64,000 bases of DNA from a virus, in IMG/VR virus record IMGVR_UViG_3300042359_000621; one strand, written 5' to 3'. A program made the translations under genes and the position numbers. The notes under the pieces were generated by a model. The model saw only the letters and a list, made by a program, of their open reading frames with translations. It made no database searches and was not told the origin of the DNA. The stretch's first letter is position 1, and each line of letters starts with the position of its first letter. Shown here piece after piece: positions 35,130-43,591 of this stretch.

Positions 35130-35726
35130 TTATCTAATCACAGGGACAGGAATAATCCCCATCAGAATGCCAGATATTTCCTGAGTTATTCGGGTAGTTG
35201 TTTGCGTTGCGTTAATCACAATCCAGTTATTCTCCCTCGCCAATTCAAGATATCCAAACCGAACCCGATCTAAAAAAAGCAAGTCTCGTTCAACCTTGTC
35301 CAGAGGTTTGTCGAGATCGCGGCGCACCGCCACCTCAACAGGACAATCGAACAAAATCACCATATCGGGATCAATTCCCCCCGTCGCCTCGTGATTTAGC
35401 TTCCTTAAATTATCTAAATTAAGCCCGTGCCCATACCCCTGATAAGCAAGAGTTGAATCCGTGTATCGATCGCACAATACCAAATCAGAATCTTCTAACA
35501 AATATCTAATCGTGGGATTGTGTTTAATCCTATCCTTCAGGATTAATTTAAGCTGCTGCTCCGGTGTCAAAAGCCCATTCTTTAATTCAAACCGAACGTC
35601 ATAATCACAGGGTTCTCTTGTGATGTAAAACTTTAACTTTAACGCCGTGAAATGGTCGCAAAGTTTTCTGATTTGGGTTGTTTTGCCACTGCGGTCAATG
35701 CCTTCAAAAGCAATCAATTTACTCAT
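35130..35726 (-). CDS. tmk: thymidylate kinase
   Basis: IAFEGIDRSGKTTQ P-loop, ..DRY..S..AYQG.. and overall dTMP-kinase layout; ATG at 35726 preferred over TTG at 35741. Confidence 0.85.
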   Translation of the reverse strand: MSKLIAFEGIDRSGKTTQIRKLCDHFTALKLKFYITREPCDYDVRFELKNGLLTPEQQLKLILKDRIKHNPTIRYLLEDSDLVLCDRYTDSTLAYQGYGHGLNLDNLRKLNHEATGGIDPDMVILFDCPVEVAVRRDLDKPLDKVERDLLFLDRVRFGYLELARENNWIVINATQTTTRITQEISGILMGIIPVPVIR

Positions 35727-35887
35727 TTCATCCTCATCCAATTTTTAATCAAATCATCTTTAATCATATCTTGCCGTACTAATTGAATTATATATTCTCT
35801 AGCTTCCTCCAGTGTCAATATATCCACATTACGTTTAATTATCGCAAGTTTAAATTCTTGCTCCATTGTTAGCTGTGTTGGTTCCAT
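35723..35887 (-). CDS. nblA: NblA-like phycobilisome degradation protein (54 aa, not in ORF track)
   Basis: Hand translation MEPTQLTMEQEFKLAIIKRNVDILTLEEAREYIIQLVRQDMIKDDLIKNWMRMK. It follows the NblA pattern LS.EQ[EQ]F.L....V..LS.EEA......Y.Q.M; ATGA overlap with tmk. Confidence 0.6.
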   Translation of the reverse strand: MEPTQLTMEQEFKLAIIKRNVDILTLEEAREYIIQLVRQDMIKDDLIKNWMRMK

Positions 35888-35917
35888 TTCCGTTGTTATA
35901 AGAATATCAACACATAG

Positions 35918-35981
35918 ATTATATCAAAAAATATTTTGATTTTTATATCTCTTTAATACAGAATCAAAATATTTTTTTGAT
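35918..35981 (-). promoter_or_regulatory. extended -10 promoter (TGATATAAT) plus two ATCAAAA-N4/5-TTTTGAT palindromes
   Basis: -10 at 35923..35918; palindromes at 35923-35940 and 35963-35981 (~40 bp centre to centre). Confidence 0.45.
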
Positions 35982-36196
35982 TTACCTGTTGCCAATTGCT
36001 CCTGATAATGGATTTAATTTGCCAATGCGTATTCTAATATTGCCTGATAATCAGGAAAGTGATAGGCTATTTGACCCCCAAGGAGTGAGAGTTCTTTTAG
36101 TGCGGATGCGTATCTATCCTTTGTTGGTGAATTCATTTTTTATTAATGCTTACTTAGGTTTAACCCCTCTAAATATTTAGAGGGTTTATTTTTTGA

Positions 36197-36532
36197 TTAG
36201 CTCATGCTCAATATAAACGCCTCTTGTTCCTCAATGACTCGCCATTCCTGTCTATCTTCTTCGAGCCAATTGATATTTTTAGCTAATTCGGCACAGTACA
36301 TCGCCCGTTTTTGTTCAACAGTCCATCTAGGGAGCGCGAAGGCATCCGTAAACAGATCCGCGTCGGATGATAAGGACTGATAAGCTAACAACGCCACGGC
36401 TTTCATTTTGCCCTGTTGCGCGGCGTAAATCTTGAGCCGTTGCCAGTCCGAGAGGGAGATCGTCGTTGCCTTTGTGCCACCGCCGTTGATGGAATCTAGT
36501 TCTGCCTCAACCGGTAAGCCGGTATAACCTAT
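36197..36532 (-). CDS. nuclease-module partner A2 (paralog of 60468..60806), ATA in place of ATG
   Basis: Upstream extension ..LKALQG-I-GYTGLPVEAELDSINGGGTKATTISLSDW.. aligns with ..LKELQG-M-GFTGRTKDTEVKIARGATRSKTISSRDF..; may be decaying. Confidence 0.4.
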   Translation of the reverse strand: MGYTGLPVEAELDSINGGGTKATTISLSDWQRLKIYAAQQGKMKAVALLAYQSLSSDADLFTDAFALPRWTVEQKRAMYCAELAKNINWLEEDRQEWRVIEEQEAFILSMS

Positions 36533-36562
36533 ACCCTGAAGGGCTTTGAGTGGTAGAAACCT

Positions 36563-37255
36563 TTATTCCGGTTCGTAGGTTAAAACAATACCCATATCTT
36601 GACAATGAGACTCTACCAATAAAATAAAATCTGGACTCGCGCATCCAAAGAAGTGAATCCGTTTTTCATGCTCTGGATAATACTTTCCATAACAGAAAAC
36701 CTGTCCTATAGCTTCTTTCCATCGTTTCCAATCTTTGATCTCGATTAATTGAGTGTCGGTTAAAATGTCGATTCTCCCAGCTAATGTTGAGACTTCGAGC
36801 TTTGCATTGAGTAAAGTTTTTGCCAGTTTCTTCTGTATGATCTTCTCGACTTGATTAGGGTTTAATGTCTTTTTAATTCGAGGCTCTAACGATGTTGCAC
36901 GTTCTATCTTTGAGTTTTTTGTTAGTAATCTCATGGCGTCTCTTTTTCCCTCAGATGCAGCAAAAGATATTAAGACATCAAAATCTGACTGTGAAAGCGT
37001 CTGAGCGCACCGACCACCGCCATTAATACTTTCACATACTACAGGAATAAACTCGCCCGTATAACCCATTCTTTCTAATGTCTTCGAGGCTTTGCCAACC
37101 CTGCTAGTGATCTGAGTCAACCAGTTTTCCGCATACCCTAAAGCCAAACTCGCCCCAACCATCCCAACTCGGAACTCGCCATTGGGCATCATGTACCCAT
37201 CAACAGAAATTCCTTCTACATATTCGATAGTTGCCCGTTGTGATTTAATTGTCAT
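36563..37255 (-). CDS. Bro-N/KilA-like N-terminus plus PD-(D/E)XK nuclease (module A1)
   Basis: C-terminus ..GRIDILTDTQLIEIKDWKRWKEAIGQ.. (D..ExK); paralog of 59807..60415. Confidence 0.6.
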   Translation of the reverse strand: MTIKSQRATIEYVEGISVDGYMMPNGEFRVGMVGASLALGYAENWLTQITSRVGKASKTLERMGYTGEFIPVVCESINGGGRCAQTLSQSDFDVLISFAASEGKRDAMRLLTKNSKIERATSLEPRIKKTLNPNQVEKIIQKKLAKTLLNAKLEVSTLAGRIDILTDTQLIEIKDWKRWKEAIGQVFCYGKYYPEHEKRIHFFGCASPDFILLVESHCQDMGIVLTYEPE

Positions 37256-37284
37256 TGTGACTATTTCCTTAATTAATGGTTACG

Positions 37285-37334
37285 GCTCCTGGGTGCGACG
37301 AACACCGCGAGGAGCATTTCTATTATTAATTATA
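37285..37334 (-). promoter_or_regulatory. TGATATAAT promoter plus conserved leader hairpin (copy A)
   Basis: -10 at 37334..37329. Outer stem 37285-90/37310-15, inner 37292-95/37303-06. Covaries with copy B. Confidence 0.55.
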
Positions 37335-37502
37335 TCAATATTTTATTAGTTTGTCTGTTAATTAAGCCACGTCAAACAAACTTAATTGCTTAAATTCCGG
37401 TTGTTTTAACTCCATGATTTCTAACTCTGTTTCTGAATATTCCCTGGGTTGGGAGATGCGATCGTGTGATACAATATAATCAGATTATTGGGTAACAACA
37501 CA

Positions 37503-38144
37503 ATGGAATATTATTTTGACACCGAGTTTATTGAAGACGGAAAAACCATTGACTTAATTTCTATTGGGATTGTCGCGGCTGATGGTAGAGAATATTATGC
37601 AATCAATGAAGACTGTGATTTTTCTAAAGCCCATCCTTGGGTTAAAGAGAATGTAATTACTCAACTACCAGAAAAACACCCTCAACCGCCACGGGAAAAC
37701 GGATCTTCAGATAAGTGGGAAAAATCAAAACTATGGAAACCTAAAAGTCAAATTAAAGAAGATGTTGCTTTATTCCTTGGTTGTCGCCACTCATTCTACA
37801 TTCCCAACCCTAAAAACTGGATCGAAAAACAATACTGGAAACTTCCTTTTGTAAATATAGAAACTAAAGTTGAATATATACTAGAAAAAGACACACCTCA
37901 ACCTGAAATTTGGGCTTATTATGCCGATTATGATTGGGTTGCCTTCTGTCAACTGTTCGGCACTATGATGGATTTACCAAAAGGGTTTCCCATGTACTGC
38001 CGAGATATAAAACAACTCTGTGATGAACTTGGCAATCCAGAAATACCAAAGGACAGAATAGAACACAATGCCCTAGATGATGCCAGATGGGTTAGAAAAG
38101 CCCATTTGTGGTTAAGAGATTATCAAATCAATGGAGTCCGGTGA
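37503..38144 (+). CDS. DEDDh 3'-5' exonuclease (DnaQ-like)
   Basis: YFDTEF (Exo I), ..AYYADYDW.. (Exo II) and ..HNALDDARW (Exo III, DEDDh). Confidence 0.75.
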   Translation: MEYYFDTEFIEDGKTIDLISIGIVAADGREYYAINEDCDFSKAHPWVKENVITQLPEKHPQPPRENGSSDKWEKSKLWKPKSQIKEDVALFLGCRHSFYIPNPKNWIEKQYWKLPFVNIETKVEYILEKDTPQPEIWAYYADYDWVAFCQLFGTMMDLPKGFPMYCRDIKQLCDELGNPEIPKDRIEHNALDDARWVRKAHLWLRDYQINGVR

Positions 38145-38635
38145 TACAGCAAATAACAGGATTCACAAGACAAGAAACAATTCAATTAACTAACTGCACA
38201 TCCAGTCGGATTGCTTATCTGGAAAAGATGGAGTTAATAATTCCCACTCGGTACGGGGCAATTGGAGGCAAGCCAACGGTTATATTTAGCTATGGGCAAT
38301 TGCTAGGGATTCAGGCTATTCGAGAATTAAGACTAGAGGATGTTCCATTGCCAACGGTAAAAAGACTCATTACCTTTTTGGAAAATGCCAGTTATGCCGA
38401 TATTTCAAAAGATAAATTATTGATCGCAATGAACGATGATATTTTTTGGACTCAGAAAGATTGGTCTGATTTTGCCAACAATATGCCAAAAAGCCTCAAG
38501 AAAGCCAGTAAGGAGAATAAGAATATTTCTTGGTACATATTGATAGTGATTCCTATGGGAGATATTATTGATGAAATTTTTAATACAGCTAAAAAAATCA
38601 ATTTTCAGGATTTCCAACAGAGAATAACTTGCTAA
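38108..38635 (+). CDS. MerR-like HTH protein (start uncertain: GTG at 38108 or 38141)
   Basis: ..FTRQETIQLTNCTSSRIAYLEKMELIIP.. Confidence 0.5.
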   Translation: MVKRLSNQWSPVIQQITGFTRQETIQLTNCTSSRIAYLEKMELIIPTRYGAIGGKPTVIFSYGQLLGIQAIRELRLEDVPLPTVKRLITFLENASYADISKDKLLIAMNDDIFWTQKDWSDFANNMPKSLKKASKENKNISWYILIVIPMGDIIDEIFNTAKKINFQDFQQRITC

Positions 38636-38809
38636 ACTTCAAAACAATCACCGTGAATAATTTGATTAAGCATAATAATATTAATTATTTAGTCTATCAA
38701 TATTATAATACAAACCCAATATCTTCACCAATAAAAATAACCCAACAATCAATAAGATTCCTGGGTTAGTATCGTCCAATTTCAATCAGTGTGCATCATT
38801 ATTATAACA

Positions 38810-39235
38810 TCATATTTCATAATCAATCATTGCCGAAACCAAAGGTTTTCTTTCTGGAAATAAATCTTTAATTGACCTGACAGCATCAGTATAACACTGA
38901 CCGAGATATGTCCCATTATCCGTAAAACTAGCGCGGGTCTCGGCAACAGCCCACCATCCAGACCGACTCCTGAACTCAATATACCAATAACCATAGTCGG
39001 TATTTTCTCCCGTTGTTTGGGATATTAAATTATTTAATTGTTCCGTTCTTGTTCGCATTCGCAACATCATTTCCTCTCTAATTTTCCCTTGAAGTTCCCA
39101 GATATCTTTTTTTATCATGTCGTTCATCTGATTAGCTAATCTCATTTTATGCCCTGAATCCGTAATATCCTCGTATTCGCTTATTAACATTTGCAACAAC
39201 TCAATATCCATGTCATCCCACCTCAAAAGTAACAA
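38810..39235 (-). CDS. hypothetical protein
   Basis: ORF at distal end of leftward late string. Confidence 0.5.
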   Translation of the reverse strand: MLLLRWDDMDIELLQMLISEYEDITDSGHKMRLANQMNDMIKKDIWELQGKIREEMMLRMRTRTEQLNNLISQTTGENTDYGYWYIEFRSRSGWWAVAETRASFTDNGTYLGQCYTDAVRSIKDLFPERKPLVSAMIDYEI

Positions 39236-39428
39236 CGTTCCACTTTAATTCTACCTGTTCCCCAATCCATTTGTCCATACACGAATTAACAAAAACTTGA
39301 TAATCTCCCCTAGAATTTAGCCAAAGTTTAGGGTATTTATCCTTCAATTCCTTAATCGTGAAAATCTCCTCAGATGCCGTTACCTCCCTGTTGAGTGCTA
39401 TTAACTTAATTATAGTAGAATTTTTCAT
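39213..39428 (-). CDS. hypothetical protein
   Basis: ORF in array. Confidence 0.45.
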   Translation of the reverse strand: MKNSTIIKLIALNREVTASEEIFTIKELKDKYPKLWLNSRGDYQVFVNSCMDKWIGEQVELKWNVVTFEVG

Positions 39429-39443
39429 AATAAAAAGGATTCT

Positions 39444-39848
39444 TTATTGGTCAGGATGGTGTTTAACACTTTTTTTAAACTTATTAATAACTGCAATAGC
39501 TTTTTTATATTCTAAATTCAACTTCTGATTTTTTTCTTGTAATTCAGCTATTTGATTACTAATACTTGAATTACTCTGCTCTTGTAATATGGTTAACTTT
39601 TCCTTTAAGTTAATATTCTCGGTTTCGATTTTGCGAAGATTGGTTTCTCTGTATTCAATCTCCCTTTCAAGAGTCTTAATTTTCCCTTGAAGTTCCACAA
39701 TTATTTTAGCATTTTTAATATCAAAAATTCGATTAATAGCAATCCCGATCACGCTACTACCACTCAATAAAATACCAGTGAACCCCAGGACAGTTTGGAC
39801 GGTTTGGTCTGGTGGTGTGGTTGTAGTAATCTGAAGAAAGGTCAACAT
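39444..39848 (-). CDS. N-terminal TM plus coiled-coil protein (holin/spanin-like architecture)
   Basis: TM ..VLGFTGILLSGSSVIGIAI.. followed by heptad-rich K/E/L/N sequence. Confidence 0.45.
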   Translation of the reverse strand: MLTFLQITTTTPPDQTVQTVLGFTGILLSGSSVIGIAINRIFDIKNAKIIVELQGKIKTLEREIEYRETNLRKIETENINLKEKLTILQEQSNSSISNQIAELQEKNQKLNLEYKKAIAVINKFKKSVKHHPDQ

Positions 39849-39849
39849 A

Positions 39850-40353
39850 TTAGGACTTATAGGTATACTTTATAGATAACACAATTCCCACAAGAGTTGA
39901 GAAAAAATTTCCGCAAATTAAAGCAGAAATATTCCCGTTTTGTTCAATTCCTATGGCTCCAAAAAAACCGAGAACAAACAACACTGAAAGGATGTGGCAG
40001 ATATTCAATAGCAAATAGCAAGCCACCCAAACCGGAGAACTAACGTAATGATTTTTTTTCAACTTATAAACAAATACCCAACAAATCACACCGCTAATCC
40101 CCACCCCCAACATAAAGGCGTTCAGGAAGTCGATGCTTTCGTTTACGAAATAAATGGAAGTTTTTGGCGGGGTAAATATCACCCCAAAAAACCCCAATAA
40201 AATCATCACCAAGAAATGATGATTAAAAAACAATGCCTGACCGACATACTTAATCTTAAAAACTGGTTTACTGTTGTATCTCTCGTATTCAATCAACGTC
40301 GGGAAAGTCCTGTTTTTTTCTCTTTCTTTCCTTGAGTTTTTTGTTCCGTTCAT
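39850..40353 (-). CDS. multi-pass membrane protein
   Basis: About 4 hydrophobic helices. Confidence 0.5.
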   Translation of the reverse strand: MNGTKNSRKEREKNRTFPTLIEYERYNSKPVFKIKYVGQALFFNHHFLVMILLGFFGVIFTPPKTSIYFVNESIDFLNAFMLGVGISGVICWVFVYKLKKNHYVSSPVWVACYLLLNICHILSVLFVLGFFGAIGIEQNGNISALICGNFFSTLVGIVLSIKYTYKS

Positions 40354-40624
40354 AGTAATGCTCCCACACCAAAAACAACGATAGAAAACTGATAAAAACC
40401 TGAATAACTAAAGTCGAAACTTTGATATATCCAAATTTTTGATAGCCAAATTTATTTAAACTATCAAATATCAGCATTATACCACTGTTAATCAATAGCG
40501 TTGAACTCAAGTATTTATTTAATTTTCTATCATCAAAAAATAAGAAGATGCCATTAACAATAGAAATTAGTCCGGCAAAAAATAGCAGGAGAATATAGCC
40601 AGAATTGTCGATTGTCAATGGCAT
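40289..40624 (-). CDS. three-TM membrane protein with basic tail
   Basis: Hydrophobic helices; 65-nt overlap with next ORF, so one start is uncertain. Confidence 0.45.
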   Translation of the reverse strand: MPLTIDNSGYILLLFFAGLISIVNGIFLFFDDRKLNKYLSSTLLINSGIMLIFDSLNKFGYQKFGYIKVSTLVIQVFISFLSLFLVWEHYYERNKKLKERKRKKQDFPDVD

Positions 40625-40628
40625 ATTG

Positions 40629-40943
40629 TTATTGTACTAACGGGTCGTTGTCCATGGATTCAAGTGCGACTAATTCCGCGTCTAATTTTTCTTGATATTC
40701 CTTCTCAAAGGCATCAATGAAAATAGGGACAAAAGCCTCAATAGCATCGTGCAGCCCTGGATATTTAGCCAACGGAATCCTAATGATTCCGCTTTTATTC
40801 GTTGGGATTGTATGACCCGTTTCATCGTCAACCATGACGATTACATAACAGGCTTCAATATATTCCCTATTAACAATTCCAGTTTGAGGATTTGCAGTTT
40901 CAAACTGTTGACGATAGACAATTCTATGCTCTTGGTAACTCAT
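40629..40943 (-). CDS. hypothetical protein (fibre-adjacent)
   Basis: ORF 2 nt after fibre gene. Confidence 0.5.
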   Translation of the reverse strand: MSYQEHRIVYRQQFETANPQTGIVNREYIEACYVIVMVDDETGHTIPTNKSGIIRIPLAKYPGLHDAIEAFVPIFIDAFEKEYQEKLDAELVALESMDNDPLVQ

Positions 40944-40945
40944 TT

Positions 40946-42973
40946 TTATGCTCCTATTAATCCGTGAGTTGTCAAATCATCAATCAACGCTTTTACTCTT
41001 TCAGCTAATTGTGGAAGAGTTACCGTTGAAGTTGCAAAAGTTGTGCGAGTAGCGGTTCCCGTAGGGGCAGCCCATCCCGTTCTTCGGGCGGAAACAACTT
41101 GATTAGTCCCAACAACAAAAGACGTTGCTTTTGCCGACCCATTAACATCTAATTGTTGCGATGGGCTAATAGTACCAATTCCTACATTATCATTATCTAA
41201 AATAGTGAAGGGTATTGATTTAACAGCATTATTATTATAAGAGTAAATATGAAAACCATTTTGCAAGCTCCCCCCCGCATTTGTTGATTTCATATTATAG
41301 AGAACGTATGAGGTGCTAAGTCCTGCTTCTGTTTTTCCAAGGTTACTGATTTCGATAGCAGCTGTATACTCCAGACTTCGTAACCTTAAAGCACCCGTTA
41401 CAATACCACCAGCCAAAGGAAGGTATGTGTCGGGAAGTCTGGCAGCACTCAAGGTTCCGGTTGAAATATTAGAAGCATTTAAACTGGTTAGTCCGGAGCC
41501 ATTCCCGTTCAACGAACCAGCAAAAATCGCTCCCGTAATCCCCAAACTAGCTGCACGAATCGCGCCTGTAGTGGTAGAAGTTGATTCTGCGGTACTATCA
41601 GTTGACACAACACCTCTAAGGTAAGTGTTGGTAATATTTGAATCACCAAGCGTAACCGTGTTTGAGCCATTCCCTGTGGCGTTAAAACCGAAAACATTTT
41701 CATTGGTTGCATTTTGGGTTCCTTTTGTCGATGCACCTATAAAACAAGAGTTGCTTGATGCCGTGAGACCCGTTACACCATCGGCAATAAAACGCCCTGC
41801 ACCAACTCCAAAACCTACCAAACTACTCCCTGTTGCATTGCTGAAAAGTGCACCAACTCCAACGGCAGTTGAATTATTCCCTGTAGTGTTATTTTGTAAA
41901 CTCCCAACACCAACGGCAGTCAAGTTGCTCCCACTGGTATTGACACGGAGCGAATCCAAACCAACGGCAGTTAAACCATTCCCTGTGGTATTAGCTAAAA
42001 GCGAATTAACACCAACGGCAGTCAAATTAGCCCCTGTGGTATTAGCTAAAAGCGAATTAACACCAAATGCGGAGCAGTTAGTACCTGTGGTATTGGCCTG
42101 GAGCGAATTAACACCAAATGCGGAGCAGTTAGTACCTGTGGTATTGGCCTGGAGCGAACTAGAACCAACAACCGTATTTGAACTTACCCCCCCTGCTCCC
42201 CTCCCAACAGGAATTAGATTATAGGAATTTGCGCTAACAGTATTTGCAAAAATCGCTCCAGTAATCCCTAAACTGGCTGCACGAATCGCGCCTGTAGTGG
42301 TACTGGTAGAAGCTGTTGCACTGGTTGAAACCAAGTCACCCGTTACTGTGCCTCCTGGCAAGGGTAGATAATTATTGTTATCAATCGAATAATTACCATC
42401 ACCCGTTTTCTTTAAGAATCCCGCAGTATCAGCTAATGCTTGAATGGCAATTAATTCATTTCCGATGCTGTTAGTTGAAACGGCTGTTATTTGTCCTTTC
42501 CCGTTGACAGTAACGACAGGAATTGAACCAGCACCGCCAAACGCACCAACATTACTATTAACTGTTGCCAGAGTTATTGCGCTTGAAACATTAGCTGAAC
42601 CATCAAAACTAACAGAATAAGTAGCATCCCCCGTCGTTGAAATTGTCCGGGCGTTTGTTAGTTTTAACGCCTCCCCCGCCGTTGCCGAGCTTGATATTTC
42701 AACATAAACAGAACCTGACCATCGGTAGGTTTTGTTAGTATCTTCGGTGACATAAATTTTGCCAGCATCACCCGCAACCGGAAACGCTGCAAGGTTAGCA
42801 AAATTCAAGACATCATCAACATAGGATGGCAAAACCGATGCTGAAATTGTGCCAGACGCGGCGTTAACAGCCGTTAAGATTGTGTTGCTAGAAGTTAATG
42901 ATTTTGTGAAATTTGCCACCGTTGGATCGGTTTCAGCTGTAATCACATTCCTAATTAATTGTCCAACGCCCAT
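40946..42973 (-). CDS. tail fibre with 17-residue periodic repeats
   Basis: G/S/T/N-rich; about 7 x ..NTTGxNxTAVGVxSLxx..; duplicated STSTTTGAIRAASLGITGAIFA blocks. Confidence 0.75.
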   Translation of the reverse strand: MGVGQLIRNVITAETDPTVANFTKSLTSSNTILTAVNAASGTISASVLPSYVDDVLNFANLAAFPVAGDAGKIYVTEDTNKTYRWSGSVYVEISSSATAGEALKLTNARTISTTGDATYSVSFDGSANVSSAITLATVNSNVGAFGGAGSIPVVTVNGKGQITAVSTNSIGNELIAIQALADTAGFLKKTGDGNYSIDNNNYLPLPGGTVTGDLVSTSATASTSTTTGAIRAASLGITGAIFANTVSANSYNLIPVGRGAGGVSSNTVVGSSSLQANTTGTNCSAFGVNSLQANTTGTNCSAFGVNSLLANTTGANLTAVGVNSLLANTTGNGLTAVGLDSLRVNTSGSNLTAVGVGSLQNNTTGNNSTAVGVGALFSNATGSSLVGFGVGAGRFIADGVTGLTASSNSCFIGASTKGTQNATNENVFGFNATGNGSNTVTLGDSNITNTYLRGVVSTDSTAESTSTTTGAIRAASLGITGAIFAGSLNGNGSGLTSLNASNISTGTLSAARLPDTYLPLAGGIVTGALRLRSLEYTAAIEISNLGKTEAGLSTSYVLYNMKSTNAGGSLQNGFHIYSYNNNAVKSIPFTILDNDNVGIGTISPSQQLDVNGSAKATSFVVGTNQVVSARRTGWAAPTGTATRTTFATSTVTLPQLAERVKALIDDLTTHGLIGA
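42051..42152 (-). repeat. perfect 51-bp tandem duplication inside fibre gene
   Basis: 42051-42101 equals 42102-42152 (encodes NCSAFGVNSLQANTTGT twice). Confidence 0.9.
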
Positions 42974-43462
42974 CTAAAACCCCCTTATTAGTTCAACGGA
43001 TGCCCCTTCTGGAATAACGATTGTGATGGCGGGATGTCGCGCGGGTAAGCATGACTCCAAATTCACAATGTCGTTTATTCCATTTGTTGCTGTTTTTGTC
43101 AGCCCATTAATTGCTACAGTTCCGGTTAAAACAGTCATATAAACATAACAACTACCTGCGGGAATAGTTGTTGTGCCTGCTGTTAAAATCCTCCAATCTG
43201 CTGTTAAGTTGGTCGCGGGCAACTCAACCGGAATCCTGTTATTAGAAAGACTGGGAATCTTGGCGTTTACTGCTTCAAGGGTTGTTTCTTTAGCCAAGCC
43301 AGAGACATCTGTAGACCCCCCTCCCCCTCCCCCTACGCCTTCACTCGATATAGCACGATAAACCTCCCAGTAGGGAAGTGTCTGTGCAGGGTGTTCCAGT
43401 GCTTCTATTTGCTCTCTAATTAAAGCAGCCGCATCCGCTTGTTGTGTACTAATATCAGGCAT
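42974..43462 (-). CDS. hypothetical tail-associated protein
   Basis: Abuts fibre gene; contains a poly-G linker. Confidence 0.5.
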   Translation of the reverse strand: MPDISTQQADAAALIREQIEALEHPAQTLPYWEVYRAISSEGVGGGGGGSTDVSGLAKETTLEAVNAKIPSLSNNRIPVELPATNLTADWRILTAGTTTIPAGSCYVYMTVLTGTVAINGLTKTATNGINDIVNLESCLPARHPAITIVIPEGASVELIRGF

Positions 43463-43591
43463 TTTTCATAAAAATAAGTATTTATAAATAATTTTAACCC
43501 CTCTTTTATTGATTGCATTTTCAATTTAAGAAATTCCCACAAGAAGTGTGATTAGCACTTGACATATAGCGGGTCGGAGTATTTCACGAAA

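Noticed and set aside
35977-36180. 67-aa plus-strand ORF
   Set aside because: It lies in the AT-rich promoter/operator region between nblA and module A, has no RBS, and has odd composition.
36563-36565. Conserved programmed read-through fusing A1 and A2
   Set aside because: In the paralogous module B the second gene is in a different frame, behind two stops, and has its own ATG. Read-through is therefore not a conserved feature. It is kept only as a possibility for module A.
41313-42224. Plus-strand ORFs (103 and 199 aa) and the 41509..41736 ORF inside the tail-fibre gene
   Set aside because: They are open frames created by the periodic G/S/T-rich repeats of the fibre gene on the other strand. 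They have no independent start context.
43557-43590. Plus-strand promoter CTTGACATATAGC.. (same -35 context as the 2463 promoter)
   Set aside because: Its -10 candidate (TTTCAC) is poor, and it would only drive antisense transcription into the tail gene.
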